From the NCBI GenBank assembly GCA_041664225.1, contig JBAYLE010000002.1:3541-67540 (forward strand): 64,000 bases of DNA, in the 5' to 3' direction. The notes beneath the pieces are model-generated. The model worked only from the letters and a program-made list of their open reading frames with translations, had not been told where the DNA came from and made no database searches. A program made the position numbers and the translations under genes. How positions within the stretch are numbered: position 1 is the stretch's first letter; each line of letters starts with the position of its first letter. Of the stretch, positions 19,792 to 29,405 are shown one piece after another. The DNA is from Parcubacteria group bacterium (GTDB lineage Bacteria; Patescibacteriota; Minisyncoccia; Moranbacterales; UBA2206).

Positions 19792-21679
19792 CAATTTAAA
19801 ATCTCCCGAAGATTTTTTCAAGCGGAATAAATTTTGGGCGCTGCTGCTTTTGCCGCTGGCGATATATTTCTATTTTGGATTGCAACACCTCGCCCAATTC
19901 GAAACTGCCGACGAACACTATTGGATCTATAGCAACACCAATAATAATAATTACTGGGACAACAATAACGGGCGGATCGAACAATATTGGAGCGCGCTCG
20001 CTTCCGGCAACTGGAAAAAAACCCGCATCAATGACAAACCCGGCATAACTTTGGCGTATGTTTCCGGTATCGGTTCGTGGCTAAAGACAAATCTGGAGAA
20101 GGGGATTGTTTCTGGGGCCATCGCTCCGATGTCGAAAATCGACAAAGCGGAAAGGATAAATTTTTATTTTCGTTTTCCACTCTTGATTTTTAATGGACTT
20201 TTTTCGCTGGTTCTTTTCTTTTTAGTTAAAAAGCTGACAAAAAATGATTGGATCGCGCTTATAACCGCGACACTGATTTTGCTCTCTCCCATACTTCTGG
20301 GAATTTCGCAAATTATCAACCCGGATTCCTTATTGTGGGTATTCAGCTTCGCCGCAATTTTGACTTATCTTATCCATCTCAAAGAAAATAGCCTGCGATA
20401 TGCCTTATGGGCATCCCTGTTCTTGGGGTTATCTCTTCTCTCTAAATATTCTTCCATAATTTTATTTCCATTTTTCTTCGCCGTCATGCTGGCCTACCTC
20501 ATTGAAAATTTTAAATCTTGGGGCAAACAAACGATTGCTCGAAAAATTCGCCGCTACGCGTTCACATATTTTTTAATTATTGCCGGAGCCTTGTTTATTT
20601 ATGCTGTTTTGCTTCCCGATAATCTGGTAGAATTCCGCCATTTTATGAAGGGCAGTCTTGGCTTTAAGGGTATGCAGACTTTTTTTCTGGCATTGATTGG
20701 ATGTAATCTGCTTATTTTGCTCGACGCCCATTTTTTTCAGAGCAAGACCATGCGATGGGTCGCAAATACAATATCGCCCCTGGAAAAATACTTTAAGCTG
20801 GCTATTTTTACGATTTTGCCCATCCTTTTTATTGTTATTATTTTCAACACGCTTATCGAAAAAGACCAGCTCGGACTTTTCATAACGCCTTTTGACGCAT
20901 CTCTCAAGTCCATTTTTTCCCAGCTGCCTGACTGGAAAATCATTCTCAAGCAATTTTTGCCATTGATATTCTCTCTTTCGCCGATGGTCGTTTTATTTTT
21001 ACTGTATGCCTGGATCAGAAACTGGCGTAAAAGTGACGAATTCCAATGGATCATATTTGTCTTTTCATTTTTCATCCTTGTGCTCGTTGCTGCCTCTATG
21101 CAACAAAAAATAATGCTCATCGTGCGCTATAGTATCATGTTGTATCCTCTAGTTTTCACTATGGCGGCTATCGGGATTTATCAATTTTTTATGTTAGATA
21201 AAAAAAGCAATGCCTTTAAAACGGTTATTTTCACCGGGATAATTTTAATCAGTATCATAAGTCTTTGGCAAATCAAACCATTTTATTTTAACTACACCAG
21301 CAGATTGTTGCCCCAACAATATCTCACAACAGACGCCTGGGGCTACGGCGGATATGAGGCGGCTGAGTATTTGAATAGTTTGCCCGACGCCCAAAATATG
21401 CGTATTTGGTCTGATTACAACGGGGTTTGCCTTTTTTTCAACGGAAAATGCGAAGCAAATAATTTAACCATGAAAAACATCCGTAAAAAATCAGAATCAG
21501 CGCCGCGCTTCGATTATTTCGTTTCCGACCGCCGGGGCAGCATTTTGAGCCATAATTTATGGGAAAGCCTGCCCGAACAATATGGCAGCCAATTGATCCA
21601 AGAATCAAATATTGGCGGGCGGGCGGGAAATTTTATTCGAATTTATAAGAATAATTTAATCCAATCAAATGGAAACTAA
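19775..21679 (+). CDS. GT-C glycosyltransferase (PMT-like), paralog 2 of triplet
   Basis: Same motif set: ADEHYW, TRINDKPGITLAY, GISQIINPD, AWGYGGYEA. Confidence 0.75.
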   Translation: MALLNDNLKSPEDFFKRNKFWALLLLPLAIYFYFGLQHLAQFETADEHYWIYSNTNNNNYWDNNNGRIEQYWSALASGNWKKTRINDKPGITLAYVSGIGSWLKTNLEKGIVSGAIAPMSKIDKAERINFYFRFPLLIFNGLFSLVLFFLVKKLTKNDWIALITATLILLSPILLGISQIINPDSLLWVFSFAAILTYLIHLKENSLRYALWASLFLGLSLLSKYSSIILFPFFFAVMLAYLIENFKSWGKQTIARKIRRYAFTYFLIIAGALFIYAVLLPDNLVEFRHFMKGSLGFKGMQTFFLALIGCNLLILLDAHFFQSKTMRWVANTISPLEKYFKLAIFTILPILFIVIIFNTLIEKDQLGLFITPFDASLKSIFSQLPDWKIILKQFLPLIFSLSPMVVLFLLYAWIRNWRKSDEFQWIIFVFSFFILVLVAASMQQKIMLIVRYSIMLYPLVFTMAAIGIYQFFMLDKKSNAFKTVIFTGIILISIISLWQIKPFYFNYTSRLLPQQYLTTDAWGYGGYEAAEYLNSLPDAQNMRIWSDYNGVCLFFNGKCEANNLTMKNIRKKSESAPRFDYFVSDRRGSILSHNLWESLPEQYGSQLIQESNIGGRAGNFIRIYKNNLIQSNGN

Positions 21680-23585
21680 AACAGAAGAAGCTAAAATGAA
21701 AGAAACCGAGCCGAAAGAAACCGAAAAGAAAAGGGCTGAAATAAAAAAAGACAAATCCTCTTGGTTTTTAGCCTTGCTTATCATCCCGCTAGTGCTTTAT
21801 TTCAATTTCGGTTTGCGGCATCTGACGCAATTTGAAACAGCGGATGAGCATTTGTGGATATCAGATTTATACACTGGACGGATTCAGAGCTATTGGAACG
21901 CCATGGCTTCCGAAAATTGGAAAGGCACCCGCATCAATGATAAACCCGGTATAACCTTAGCGTATGTTGCCGGCATCGGAACCTGGTTTGAAAACAATGT
22001 CCAGGACAAAATCGTCAAAAAAGCCAATTTGACCATAACCTATAATCCTGAGAAAACAACTGAAACCTTCTACATCTACCGCAAGCCCCAGGTCGTTTTC
22101 ACAGGCTTGATGGGAATTTTCTTCTGCTTAGCTTTATGGCGTCTAACTCGAAAAGTCTGGTTGGCCTTGGCCGGGGCCTCTCTGGTTTTGCTTTCTCCGA
22201 TCCTTATCGGCATCTCGCAAATCATTAACCCAGACGCAATGTTGTGGATCTTTTCTTCCGCCAGCCTGCTTTCTTTTTTCGTATTTTTGAAAGAAACAAG
22301 ATTTATTGATGCCTTTTTGGCCGCTTTTTTCCTCGGGTTATCACTTCTTTCAAAATACGTGGCACTCATATTTTTTCCATTTTTTCTAGTCATGCTTTTG
22401 GCCTATTTGCTGTTTTATTACACCGAATTGATCGAGCAGAAAACTTTGCTACGCAAAACAATTGAAATCACCTTGGGTTATATATTTATTATCGCCGGCA
22501 GCATCGGGCTGTTCGCGCTTGGCATGCCGGCAGCCATCGTCAATACCAGTATTATTTACAAATCGATTTTTGAATTCGGCGGCATGCAAAATATCCTTCT
22601 GATCTGTGCTGGAGTAAATCTCGTTCTTTTTTTGGACGCAGCGCTTTTGAAATCTTTTATCGCGAAATTTTTACTCAAATACCTCCAATTTCTAAAAATT
22701 GTCCTGCCAAAAATTTTGTATTTAGCTATGCTTGTTTTAGCCGCGGCCACTATCGCTAATTGGTCATTTATGAATAATTTTCTGCATACCCCAATTCTTG
22801 AGGTCGGCGGAGGTAAGCGGCCGATCATCCTCACTTTTCCTTTCTATCAGCAAATGGTTCTACAGGCTAAACCGTTGTTTTTTTCCATCACACCGATCGC
22901 TTTGTTTCTAATATTTTTTCTCTGGGCAAAATCAATCTTCCGCCGGAGCAGTTTTGATTATATTGTTTTTATCCTTTCACTTTTCTTTCTAGTCTTCTTT
23001 TACACGGTCACTCAGCAAGCCCTTTTGGTAAATGTCCGCTATTCCGTTGTTCTTTATCCTTTTGCGTTAACCTTGGCGGCCATCGGTTTTTATGAGATAA
23101 TTAAGAACCTCAAGCATTATTATTCACTAGCCTTGTTTTTGCTCCTGCTCGGCGCTAGCTATCTCAGTGTTTCCAAAATACAACCGTTCTACTTCAACTA
23201 CTCGAATGATTTACTGCCAAAGAATTCCATAATTACGACTGCCTGGGGCTATGGCGGATACGAGGCGATTAATTATATAAAGTCTCAAGGTGACCCCAAA
23301 AATATGAAGATTTGGGCAAACTATTATGGGGCCTGTCCGTTTTTTGCCGGTAAATGCGCCGTTGAGGGTTCAACCAAGTGGATGAAAGAGAGTGAAATTT
23401 TGAATATTGATTATGTAATTCTCAGCCAAGACGGACTTAGCAAAAACAAAAAAGGACTGCAGGCTATCAATGAGATATTTCCAACTGACAACCCGGTTTG
23501 GGAACTAGTTATCGACGGCCGACCGGACAATTTTGTCAAAGTATATAAAAATCCTTTAAAACAAACTACTTATGAAAACAATTGA
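21669..23585 (+). CDS. GT-C glycosyltransferase (PMT-like), paralog 3 of triplet
   Basis: Same motif set: ADEHLW, TRINDKPGITLAY, GISQIINPD, AWGYGGYEA. Confidence 0.75.
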   Translation: METKTEEAKMKETEPKETEKKRAEIKKDKSSWFLALLIIPLVLYFNFGLRHLTQFETADEHLWISDLYTGRIQSYWNAMASENWKGTRINDKPGITLAYVAGIGTWFENNVQDKIVKKANLTITYNPEKTTETFYIYRKPQVVFTGLMGIFFCLALWRLTRKVWLALAGASLVLLSPILIGISQIINPDAMLWIFSSASLLSFFVFLKETRFIDAFLAAFFLGLSLLSKYVALIFFPFFLVMLLAYLLFYYTELIEQKTLLRKTIEITLGYIFIIAGSIGLFALGMPAAIVNTSIIYKSIFEFGGMQNILLICAGVNLVLFLDAALLKSFIAKFLLKYLQFLKIVLPKILYLAMLVLAAATIANWSFMNNFLHTPILEVGGGKRPIILTFPFYQQMVLQAKPLFFSITPIALFLIFFLWAKSIFRRSSFDYIVFILSLFFLVFFYTVTQQALLVNVRYSVVLYPFALTLAAIGFYEIIKNLKHYYSLALFLLLLGASYLSVSKIQPFYFNYSNDLLPKNSIITTAWGYGGYEAINYIKSQGDPKNMKIWANYYGACPFFAGKCAVEGSTKWMKESEILNIDYVILSQDGLSKNKKGLQAINEIFPTDNPVWELVIDGRPDNFVKVYKNPLKQTTYENN

Positions 23586-25122
23586 TCTGCAAAAATTTTT
23601 AAATTGGTCCAAATCAAAAAACGTGGTTATCGTGATTCTGCTCATCATTGTTTTCTTGGGCGGCATTTTGCGCCTTTATCACCTGGGCGCCAATCCATTG
23701 GTAGCCGATGAATTTTTGGATATGAACTCGTCTTATGGTTATTTTAAAACTCATATCTGGCAAGCCTGGGATTTCAACATGGATGCTCCAAGTAATATCG
23801 ATGTTTATGCCGCCAGAGACGAACGGGCTTGGCCGTATAAATGGCAGGTGGCTCAGCTTTTTCGATTTTTTCCATCCACGGAAGCCGCCGCCCGCAGCTT
23901 GAGCGTCATCTGGGGGCTAATTTCTGTTTTTGCCGTGTATTGGGCGGCAAAATCTTTTACCAAAAAGAAATCCATCGGCCTCTTGGGCGCTTTTTTATTC
24001 GCGGTGAGCGCTACTGCCATTGCTTTTGACCGAAAACTGCGCATGTATGCGATGTTTTATCCCATGTTTCTCTTGATGTCTCTTTTTCTTTTCCAGTTTT
24101 TAGAAGCCGATTATCACGGCAAAATCAGACTGGTTAAGTTTTTTTATGATAAGTTCAAAATAAACGTTCTTTTCCTAGTCCCATTCTTGGTCACAGCGCT
24201 TATTGGCATTTCCATCCAGCTTTTAAGCGTAAATATTCTGCCGGTTTTTCTAGTATATATTTTGATTCAAGCCATAATTTCAGCGCGCCGGAAAGATTAC
24301 GTCAACAAATATTCAATAATCCTGGGTCTTTCAATTATCGCGGCAATCGCCGCTTTCATCACTGTTCCCCAGATAATTGTTTATTATTCCGGCGTTCTTA
24401 AATTTTTCATAAACAACCATGGCTATCTCACGGACATATTAAGAGACTACAGCAATTATCCGCTGGCGATTATTCTTTTGATCTCGGGAATTTATTTTTT
24501 GAGACAGCAAAAGTTATCCAGAGAATCATGGTGGCTTTCTCTTTCATTTTTTGTGCCGCTTTTAATGGCCGCCTTTATGTGGCAAAGGACGCAGGGCATC
24601 CAATATGTTTTTTTCTTGCAATCTTTTCTGATAATTTTAATCGCAACCGGTATTTATTTTTGGGCCCTATATTTGCGAAATCGCTTGGTTAAATTTCCTC
24701 AAAAAGCCTTCTATACAGTGATTATTTTGGCTTTGCTAATCCTGCCTGATTATGGTTATTTTTTCCGCAACGACACCACTTATCAGCGGGGCAATAACCA
24801 GATTGCTGATTATCGCAAAGTTTTTAAATACGTGAAGAAAAATCTGAAACCGGGCGATGTTCTTCTAACTAGAAATTTTAGAAATTATTATTTCAGCGGG
24901 GCAAAAGTCAAAGTTTTTGATTTTGGGGGAGAGAGAGCCACGCATGATTTATCCGTTGCTGACATCCAGCAAATACAAAATCAAAATCCGCACGGCTGGG
25001 TAGTGCTTTTTGACAATGACGAAGATTTTATAAATAAAGAAGCAATAAATTATATCAAACAAAACTTCACCCAGGTTGATAATTCCCAAGTCAGGGGAGC
25101 AAGCGACGCTTATACTTGGTAA
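23572..25122 (+). CDS. GT-C glycosyltransferase (PMT_2/ArnT family)
   Basis: LRLYHLG..VADE, ARSLSV, RKLRMY; multiple TMs. Confidence 0.8.
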   Translation: MKTIDLQKFLNWSKSKNVVIVILLIIVFLGGILRLYHLGANPLVADEFLDMNSSYGYFKTHIWQAWDFNMDAPSNIDVYAARDERAWPYKWQVAQLFRFFPSTEAAARSLSVIWGLISVFAVYWAAKSFTKKKSIGLLGAFLFAVSATAIAFDRKLRMYAMFYPMFLLMSLFLFQFLEADYHGKIRLVKFFYDKFKINVLFLVPFLVTALIGISIQLLSVNILPVFLVYILIQAIISARRKDYVNKYSIILGLSIIAAIAAFITVPQIIVYYSGVLKFFINNHGYLTDILRDYSNYPLAIILLISGIYFLRQQKLSRESWWLSLSFFVPLLMAAFMWQRTQGIQYVFFLQSFLIILIATGIYFWALYLRNRLVKFPQKAFYTVIILALLILPDYGYFFRNDTTYQRGNNQIADYRKVFKYVKKNLKPGDVLLTRNFRNYYFSGAKVKVFDFGGERATHDLSVADIQQIQNQNPHGWVVLFDNDEDFINKEAINYIKQNFTQVDNSQVRGASDAYTW

Positions 25123-25149
25123 AAACAATATTATTTTAAAAAGGCCTGG

Positions 25150-26628
25150 TTACACCAGGTCTTTCTTTTCTTTCATTCTAACAATGCTGCGGATGATATC
25201 AAGGTCGCTTTCCTTAATTTCTTTTAAAAGATAAAGAACGCAGAAATAAACCAGGATCAGAAGAGTACTCCAAGCGAAAAAGATTAGATTTTGTGAAGTT
25301 AGGTACAAAGACAAAATATAGATAAAAGATCCGGCTAGGGCCATTTTGAGAAGACTTATAGCGTTTAAAATGCCCTCAAAATAGCGATGGCTGTACGCAA
25401 CTGCAATCAACATCACAACTAAGGAAGTGATGGATGTAGCAATAGCTGAGCCCACGATGCCATATTTTTTAATTAAGATATAATTCAGAATTGCGTTCAA
25501 GAACATGCCCCCGCAAGCAATCCACATCGGAACTCTGTTTTTGCCAGCGCCATTGAGCGCAAAGCTCAAGATATAAAAAACGGTGAGGCATCCAATACCA
25601 AACGTCAAGATTTGCAAGGGGAGTGTAGCCTCCAGATATTTTGCGCCATAAATAAACTTGATCACGGAAGCCGAATAAGTGTTTAACAAAATTACAATCG
25701 GCACCAAAAACATAATCATGATGCGCAGTGACTGCGTTATGATGTTGCGAGTCTTCTCCTGATTATTTTGCGCGGTTGATTCAGAAACTGAAGGCAAGAG
25801 TATTATGGTCAAAGCATAGAAAAGGAAGTAGGGTATTTGTCCAATTAAAAAAGCACTATTATAAATTCCAGCCAAGTAGTCGCTGTGAGTAATGGCTTTC
25901 ACAAAATACATATCCAATGAAATTAAGACCTGGTAAAAAATCATGAAAAGTGTGACCGGCCAGGCGTATTTCAACATCTTGCGCCAATCGAAATGCAGTT
26001 TTTTCTGGATTTTGGGAAATTTTTTGGAAATCCAAAAGATATCCGCTGCCCAAGCCGTCAGAAAAACAAGAGTAGGTGCGAAAATATAAACCGAGATTGA
26101 CCCGTTTAATCCAAACATCCTTACTAAACTGACTATCAAAACTACACGAAAAAGAGAACGCAAAATTTTCAGCCCGGATTGTAAATTGAATTGGTGGATG
26201 CCGGACAGATAATAAAAGAAATATGAATCCAGCGCCCAAGCCGGTAAAATAAGCGTTGAAAGGCGAAAAAGGGGAGTCAGTGTCGGATCGCCTAGCATTT
26301 GTGAAATCAGGGGGGTAACTAAATAAAAAATCAAAGAGATTGCGCCAATAACAATCAGCTGCAAAATCAAGCCGGTTCTCTTGATGACGGGCACCATCTC
26401 CGGACGGGTAATATGTATTTCGCTTAAATATTTACCCATAGAAATAGGAATCCCGCTCCCTATGAGTGTGATGACCATAATGGTAAAAGACACGATCAGG
26501 CCATAACGCCCATAATCAGAGGGAGTCAAAAGCCTCCCGGCCACCGAATGAACGACGTAGCCAGAAAGATTGAATAAAACTTCAGCGATGACCAACCAAA
26601 CGAATGATTTAGCTAAATTTTTGGACAT
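25150..26628 (-). CDS. Polysaccharide flippase (Wzx/MOP family)
   Basis: About 12-14 TMs; RLLTPSDYGRY, LDMYFV..AGIYNSA, YGIVGSAIAT. Confidence 0.88.
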   Translation of the reverse strand: MSKNLAKSFVWLVIAEVLFNLSGYVVHSVAGRLLTPSDYGRYGLIVSFTIMVITLIGSGIPISMGKYLSEIHITRPEMVPVIKRTGLILQLIVIGAISLIFYLVTPLISQMLGDPTLTPLFRLSTLILPAWALDSYFFYYLSGIHQFNLQSGLKILRSLFRVVLIVSLVRMFGLNGSISVYIFAPTLVFLTAWAADIFWISKKFPKIQKKLHFDWRKMLKYAWPVTLFMIFYQVLISLDMYFVKAITHSDYLAGIYNSAFLIGQIPYFLFYALTIILLPSVSESTAQNNQEKTRNIITQSLRIMIMFLVPIVILLNTYSASVIKFIYGAKYLEATLPLQILTFGIGCLTVFYILSFALNGAGKNRVPMWIACGGMFLNAILNYILIKKYGIVGSAIATSITSLVVMLIAVAYSHRYFEGILNAISLLKMALAGSFIYILSLYLTSQNLIFFAWSTLLILVYFCVLYLLKEIKESDLDIIRSIVRMKEKKDLV

Positions 26629-26674
26629 ATTTGGCTTATTTAAGCTATTATATTAAATCACAGAAGAAATTACC

Positions 26675-26702
26675 TTGACAAATTTTTTATTTCGATTATA
26701 TT
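26675..26702 (+). promoter_or_regulatory. Sigma70 promoter pointing into an ORF-free region
   Basis: TTGACA-16nt-TATATT. Confidence 0.6.
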
Positions 26703-26708
26703 GATTTC

Positions 26709-27042
26709 AGGCCTTTGGTCTTGGATCGAGCGAGGTTTCCCACCTACGATGGATCCGCTCGACGTAATTTCGTTCTTTCAGTAAATAGGGATTCGTATCT
26801 CGGTTCACTCGCAGATGTTTGTTGAGTTTAGCGGCACCGTTGCGGTTTAATAACCAAGATACGATTATATAAGCCAGGGAGAATGGTAAAAGTTTTGATT
26901 CAGATTAGGCCTTTGAGCAATCTCGGTTCAAGTCGTTGCACAGGACAGGCAGTAACGTCCGGATACTCGACGAGCAACCGGTAGCCCAACATTTTGGATC
27001 ACAAAGGTCAAAACTTAAAGCCATCTCTCCCGGGCTTTTTTT
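26709..27042 (+). ncRNA. Candidate structured non-coding RNA (~330 nt), class unknown
   Basis: No long ORF, more GC-rich than flanks, several stems (26727-33/26756-62; 26793-805/26852-64; 26871-98/27008-37), promoter upstream, T-tract at end; strand inferred from promoter and terminator. Confidence 0.55.
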
Positions 27043-27047
27043 ATTTT

Positions 27048-27419
27048 CTAATGAACGGGAATAATTTTATAAATTTCTTTTTTATCTGTTCCGCTAGCCA
27101 CATCAATCATGATTTTTCCACTAGCATTAACTTCTTGGTTGTTTAAATTTATATCAGTCACGTCGCCTTTTTGAATCGTGAGATCTCCTTCCTTGAGTTT
27201 TGTTTTACCGGCAGTGAAAACTGTCCAATGAAAAGAATCGCTATTGCTGTGATTTTCAATCGAAAAAGACAAGTCTGAATTTTTCGGATTCTCAAAAGAC
27301 AGCGCCCACCAATTTTTGTCCAAGTCTAAATCGGCTTGTTTTTTTTCTGTCCAGGATAGATAAACCGCGCTGACCAAGATCAGCAGTATTGTGACAATAA
27401 TTATTTTTCGATTGTTCAT
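27048..27419 (-). CDS. Hypothetical single-TM protein with small beta-rich ectodomain
   Basis: ORF in operon, N-terminal TM, FSIENHS..FHWTV. Confidence 0.65.
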   Translation of the reverse strand: MNNRKIIIVTILLILVSAVYLSWTEKKQADLDLDKNWWALSFENPKNSDLSFSIENHSNSDSFHWTVFTAGKTKLKEGDLTIQKGDVTDINLNNQEVNASGKIMIDVASGTDKKEIYKIIPVH

Positions 27420-27425
27420 ATTTTT

Positions 27426-29405
27426 TTATTCAGATTGCGAACGATAAAAATTCCTTATCTCGCCATTATTATACACTTGCCAGAAATTATTATCTTTTTC
27501 AAATTGAGGCGCATCAGTTTTGTTAATCATCGCAAAGTTTATCCCGAGATCTTGGTAGCATTTCTGGCTGTCCGGACTGGACGGCGTAGAAATCATCCAG
27601 AGTGTGCAGGATTCTTTTTTATCTATGCCGTTGGCATAGCGGTCAAAATTAGCTCGGTAAAATGGAAAATTATAATCGCGCATAAAAAACAATTTAACCC
27701 ACGCATCCGCAGTCATAAAAACGTGGTCCTTGACGATCTGATCGCTTCCATCTGTTTTTTGCGCCAAATATCGCGAAGCGGCGAATGTCTGTACGGTTTT
27801 TTGCGCGTCAGCATTTTTAATTTGATTTTGTTTATTATCATAAAAACCCTGGGCCACCGCATAAGAAAAAATAAGCACCATCACGACCAAAAGCATTTTG
27901 GAGCTCAAAAACAATTGACTCGCGCCTTCTGGAGATTTAGCTTTGCTCTTCGCTATTCCGATGATTTCGATAATCGCCAAAGAAGCCAGGATGGAAAATG
28001 GGAAGCTGCCATAATTGCCGATCCGCGATGAGGGAACGTCGATTTTTATCCATTGCGGATAAAGGGAAATCAGCAAGATAACAAGAATCCAGGAAATCAT
28101 GAATATGGCTTGATAGCCAGAATCATTTTCGTCTTTACGCTTATATAAAAGGAGTAGGGCCAGTCCGGCGCCGACTAGCCCCAAAACTTCCCGCGGTTCG
28201 CCGATCGTAAATTTAAATTGGGAAAATATGAGCCCCTCATGGCCAGCCTTGGATGGCCCTCCAATTACGGTGTTCACCGCCGTATTTTTCAGATATGACG
28301 GCGTATAAACTCCCAAAACAAAAACCAGCGCGAAAATTAAAAATATGATGACCGGCCAGGAAAAAAATAACTTTGCCCATTGCCCAAGCATAGAGCGAGC
28401 TTGGCGAAAATTGAAAATTAAAAGCAACACGACAGAGAGCGCCAAAATGAAAATTAAAATAAATCCAGTCAAATGATGAGTATAAAAAAGACCCATGGTT
28501 GAAAAAAATGCCGCCATCGCGTGCGCCCGATTTTTCTCGGTCAGCGCCCGATAGAAGAAATAGAAAGAAACCGGAAGCAGGAGATTGCCCAAGATGTTAC
28601 CAATAACACCGCCAGCTACATATTTGGCTTCTGGTGGGGAAATGGCAAATAATGGACCAATGAAGAAAAGCGCCAGAATCGCGATATTTTTGGCCTGCGA
28701 GTGGTTCTTAAAAAAGCGCAAAGCTAAAATAAAAATTGCTAAAATACTAGCTAGATTAATTAAGAAAAGAGTTACAACAGGAAAGTATGAAATAAAATCC
28801 AACCCGCTCAAGATGGCAACGGCAGAAAAAATCAGATGTTCACCAATAATAAAATCGCTAATATTTTGCAATGGTCCGATCTGATACACTCCGTTTATCT
28901 GCTGAATATCCCGCTGAGCGTATTCCGGGATATGCCCCGAAACAGCAATCTCTTTGGCCCAATACATATGATGCCCAAGATCAGTGGCTTGCGGCAAAAT
29001 ATTATCCGCAAGATAGGCAACTTTTATAAAAATGGTTAAGAAAAGAATCGCGATTATCAGCGCTGTTTGTTTTTTGGAAAAATTAAACAACTTGTTGGTT
29101 TCCGCTTCGGCCTCAAAATCGCTTTGTCTTTTGACTAATTTATAAATCGCGAAGCAAATTACTGCGAACACCAAAATTGCAGCCAAAAGGGAAGCGCGCG
29201 TTATTGATATATCCAAGCGATTTAGGATCATCATCAGAAAATCAACGGAGATAATACTGAAAACAACCGCTATCACCAGTTTTTCAATGCCGGAAAATAT
29301 CTTTTTTTTGCCAAAAATTGCCAATAGCAAAAAATAGCCAGGCAGAAATAATACCAAGACCAACGAAACATAAAAAAGTATTTGATTTCCTAAAAAATTA
29401 AGCAT
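27426..29405 (-). CDS. Polytopic membrane protein, GT-C-like (N-terminus DUF1616-like)
   Basis: LVLFLPGYFLL start, TDLGHHMYWA loop, YTHHLT; many TMs. Confidence 0.6.
   Translation of the reverse strand: MLNFLGNQILFYVSLVLVLFLPGYFLLLAIFGKKKIFSGIEKLVIAVVFSIISVDFLMMILNRLDISITRASLLAAILVFAVICFAIYKLVKRQSDFEAEAETNKLFNFSKKQTALIIAILFLTIFIKVAYLADNILPQATDLGHHMYWAKEIAVSGHIPEYAQRDIQQINGVYQIGPLQNISDFIIGEHLIFSAVAILSGLDFISYFPVVTLFLINLASILAIFILALRFFKNHSQAKNIAILALFFIGPLFAISPPEAKYVAGGVIGNILGNLLLPVSFYFFYRALTEKNRAHAMAAFFSTMGLFYTHHLTGFILIFILALSVVLLLIFNFRQARSMLGQWAKLFFSWPVIIFLIFALVFVLGVYTPSYLKNTAVNTVIGGPSKAGHEGLIFSQFKFTIGEPREVLGLVGAGLALLLLYKRKDENDSGYQAIFMISWILVILLISLYPQWIKIDVPSSRIGNYGSFPFSILASLAIIEIIGIAKSKAKSPEGASQLFLSSKMLLVVMVLIFSYAVAQGFYDNKQNQIKNADAQKTVQTFAASRYLAQKTDGSDQIVKDHVFMTADAWVKLFFMRDYNFPFYRANFDRYANGIDKKESCTLWMISTPSSPDSQKCYQDLGINFAMINKTDAPQFEKDNNFWQVYNNGEIRNFYRSQSE

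Noticed and set aside
21698-21725. Short duplication GAAAGAAACCGA in the N-terminus of GT-C paralog 3
   Set aside because: Ordinary local in-frame duplication in a low-complexity charged tail
26709-27042. Assignment as RNase P RNA, SRP RNA, tRNA, T-box leader or retron
   Set aside because: Hallmark motifs not found by eye on either strand; GGTTCAAGTC lacks a paired T-stem; no reverse transcriptase nearby
27435-28031. 198-aa plus-strand ORF and similar antisense or alternate-frame ORFs (e.g. 16557-17069, 47286-47873, 60473-61024)
   Set aside because: Fully overlap well-supported genes and lack independent signals
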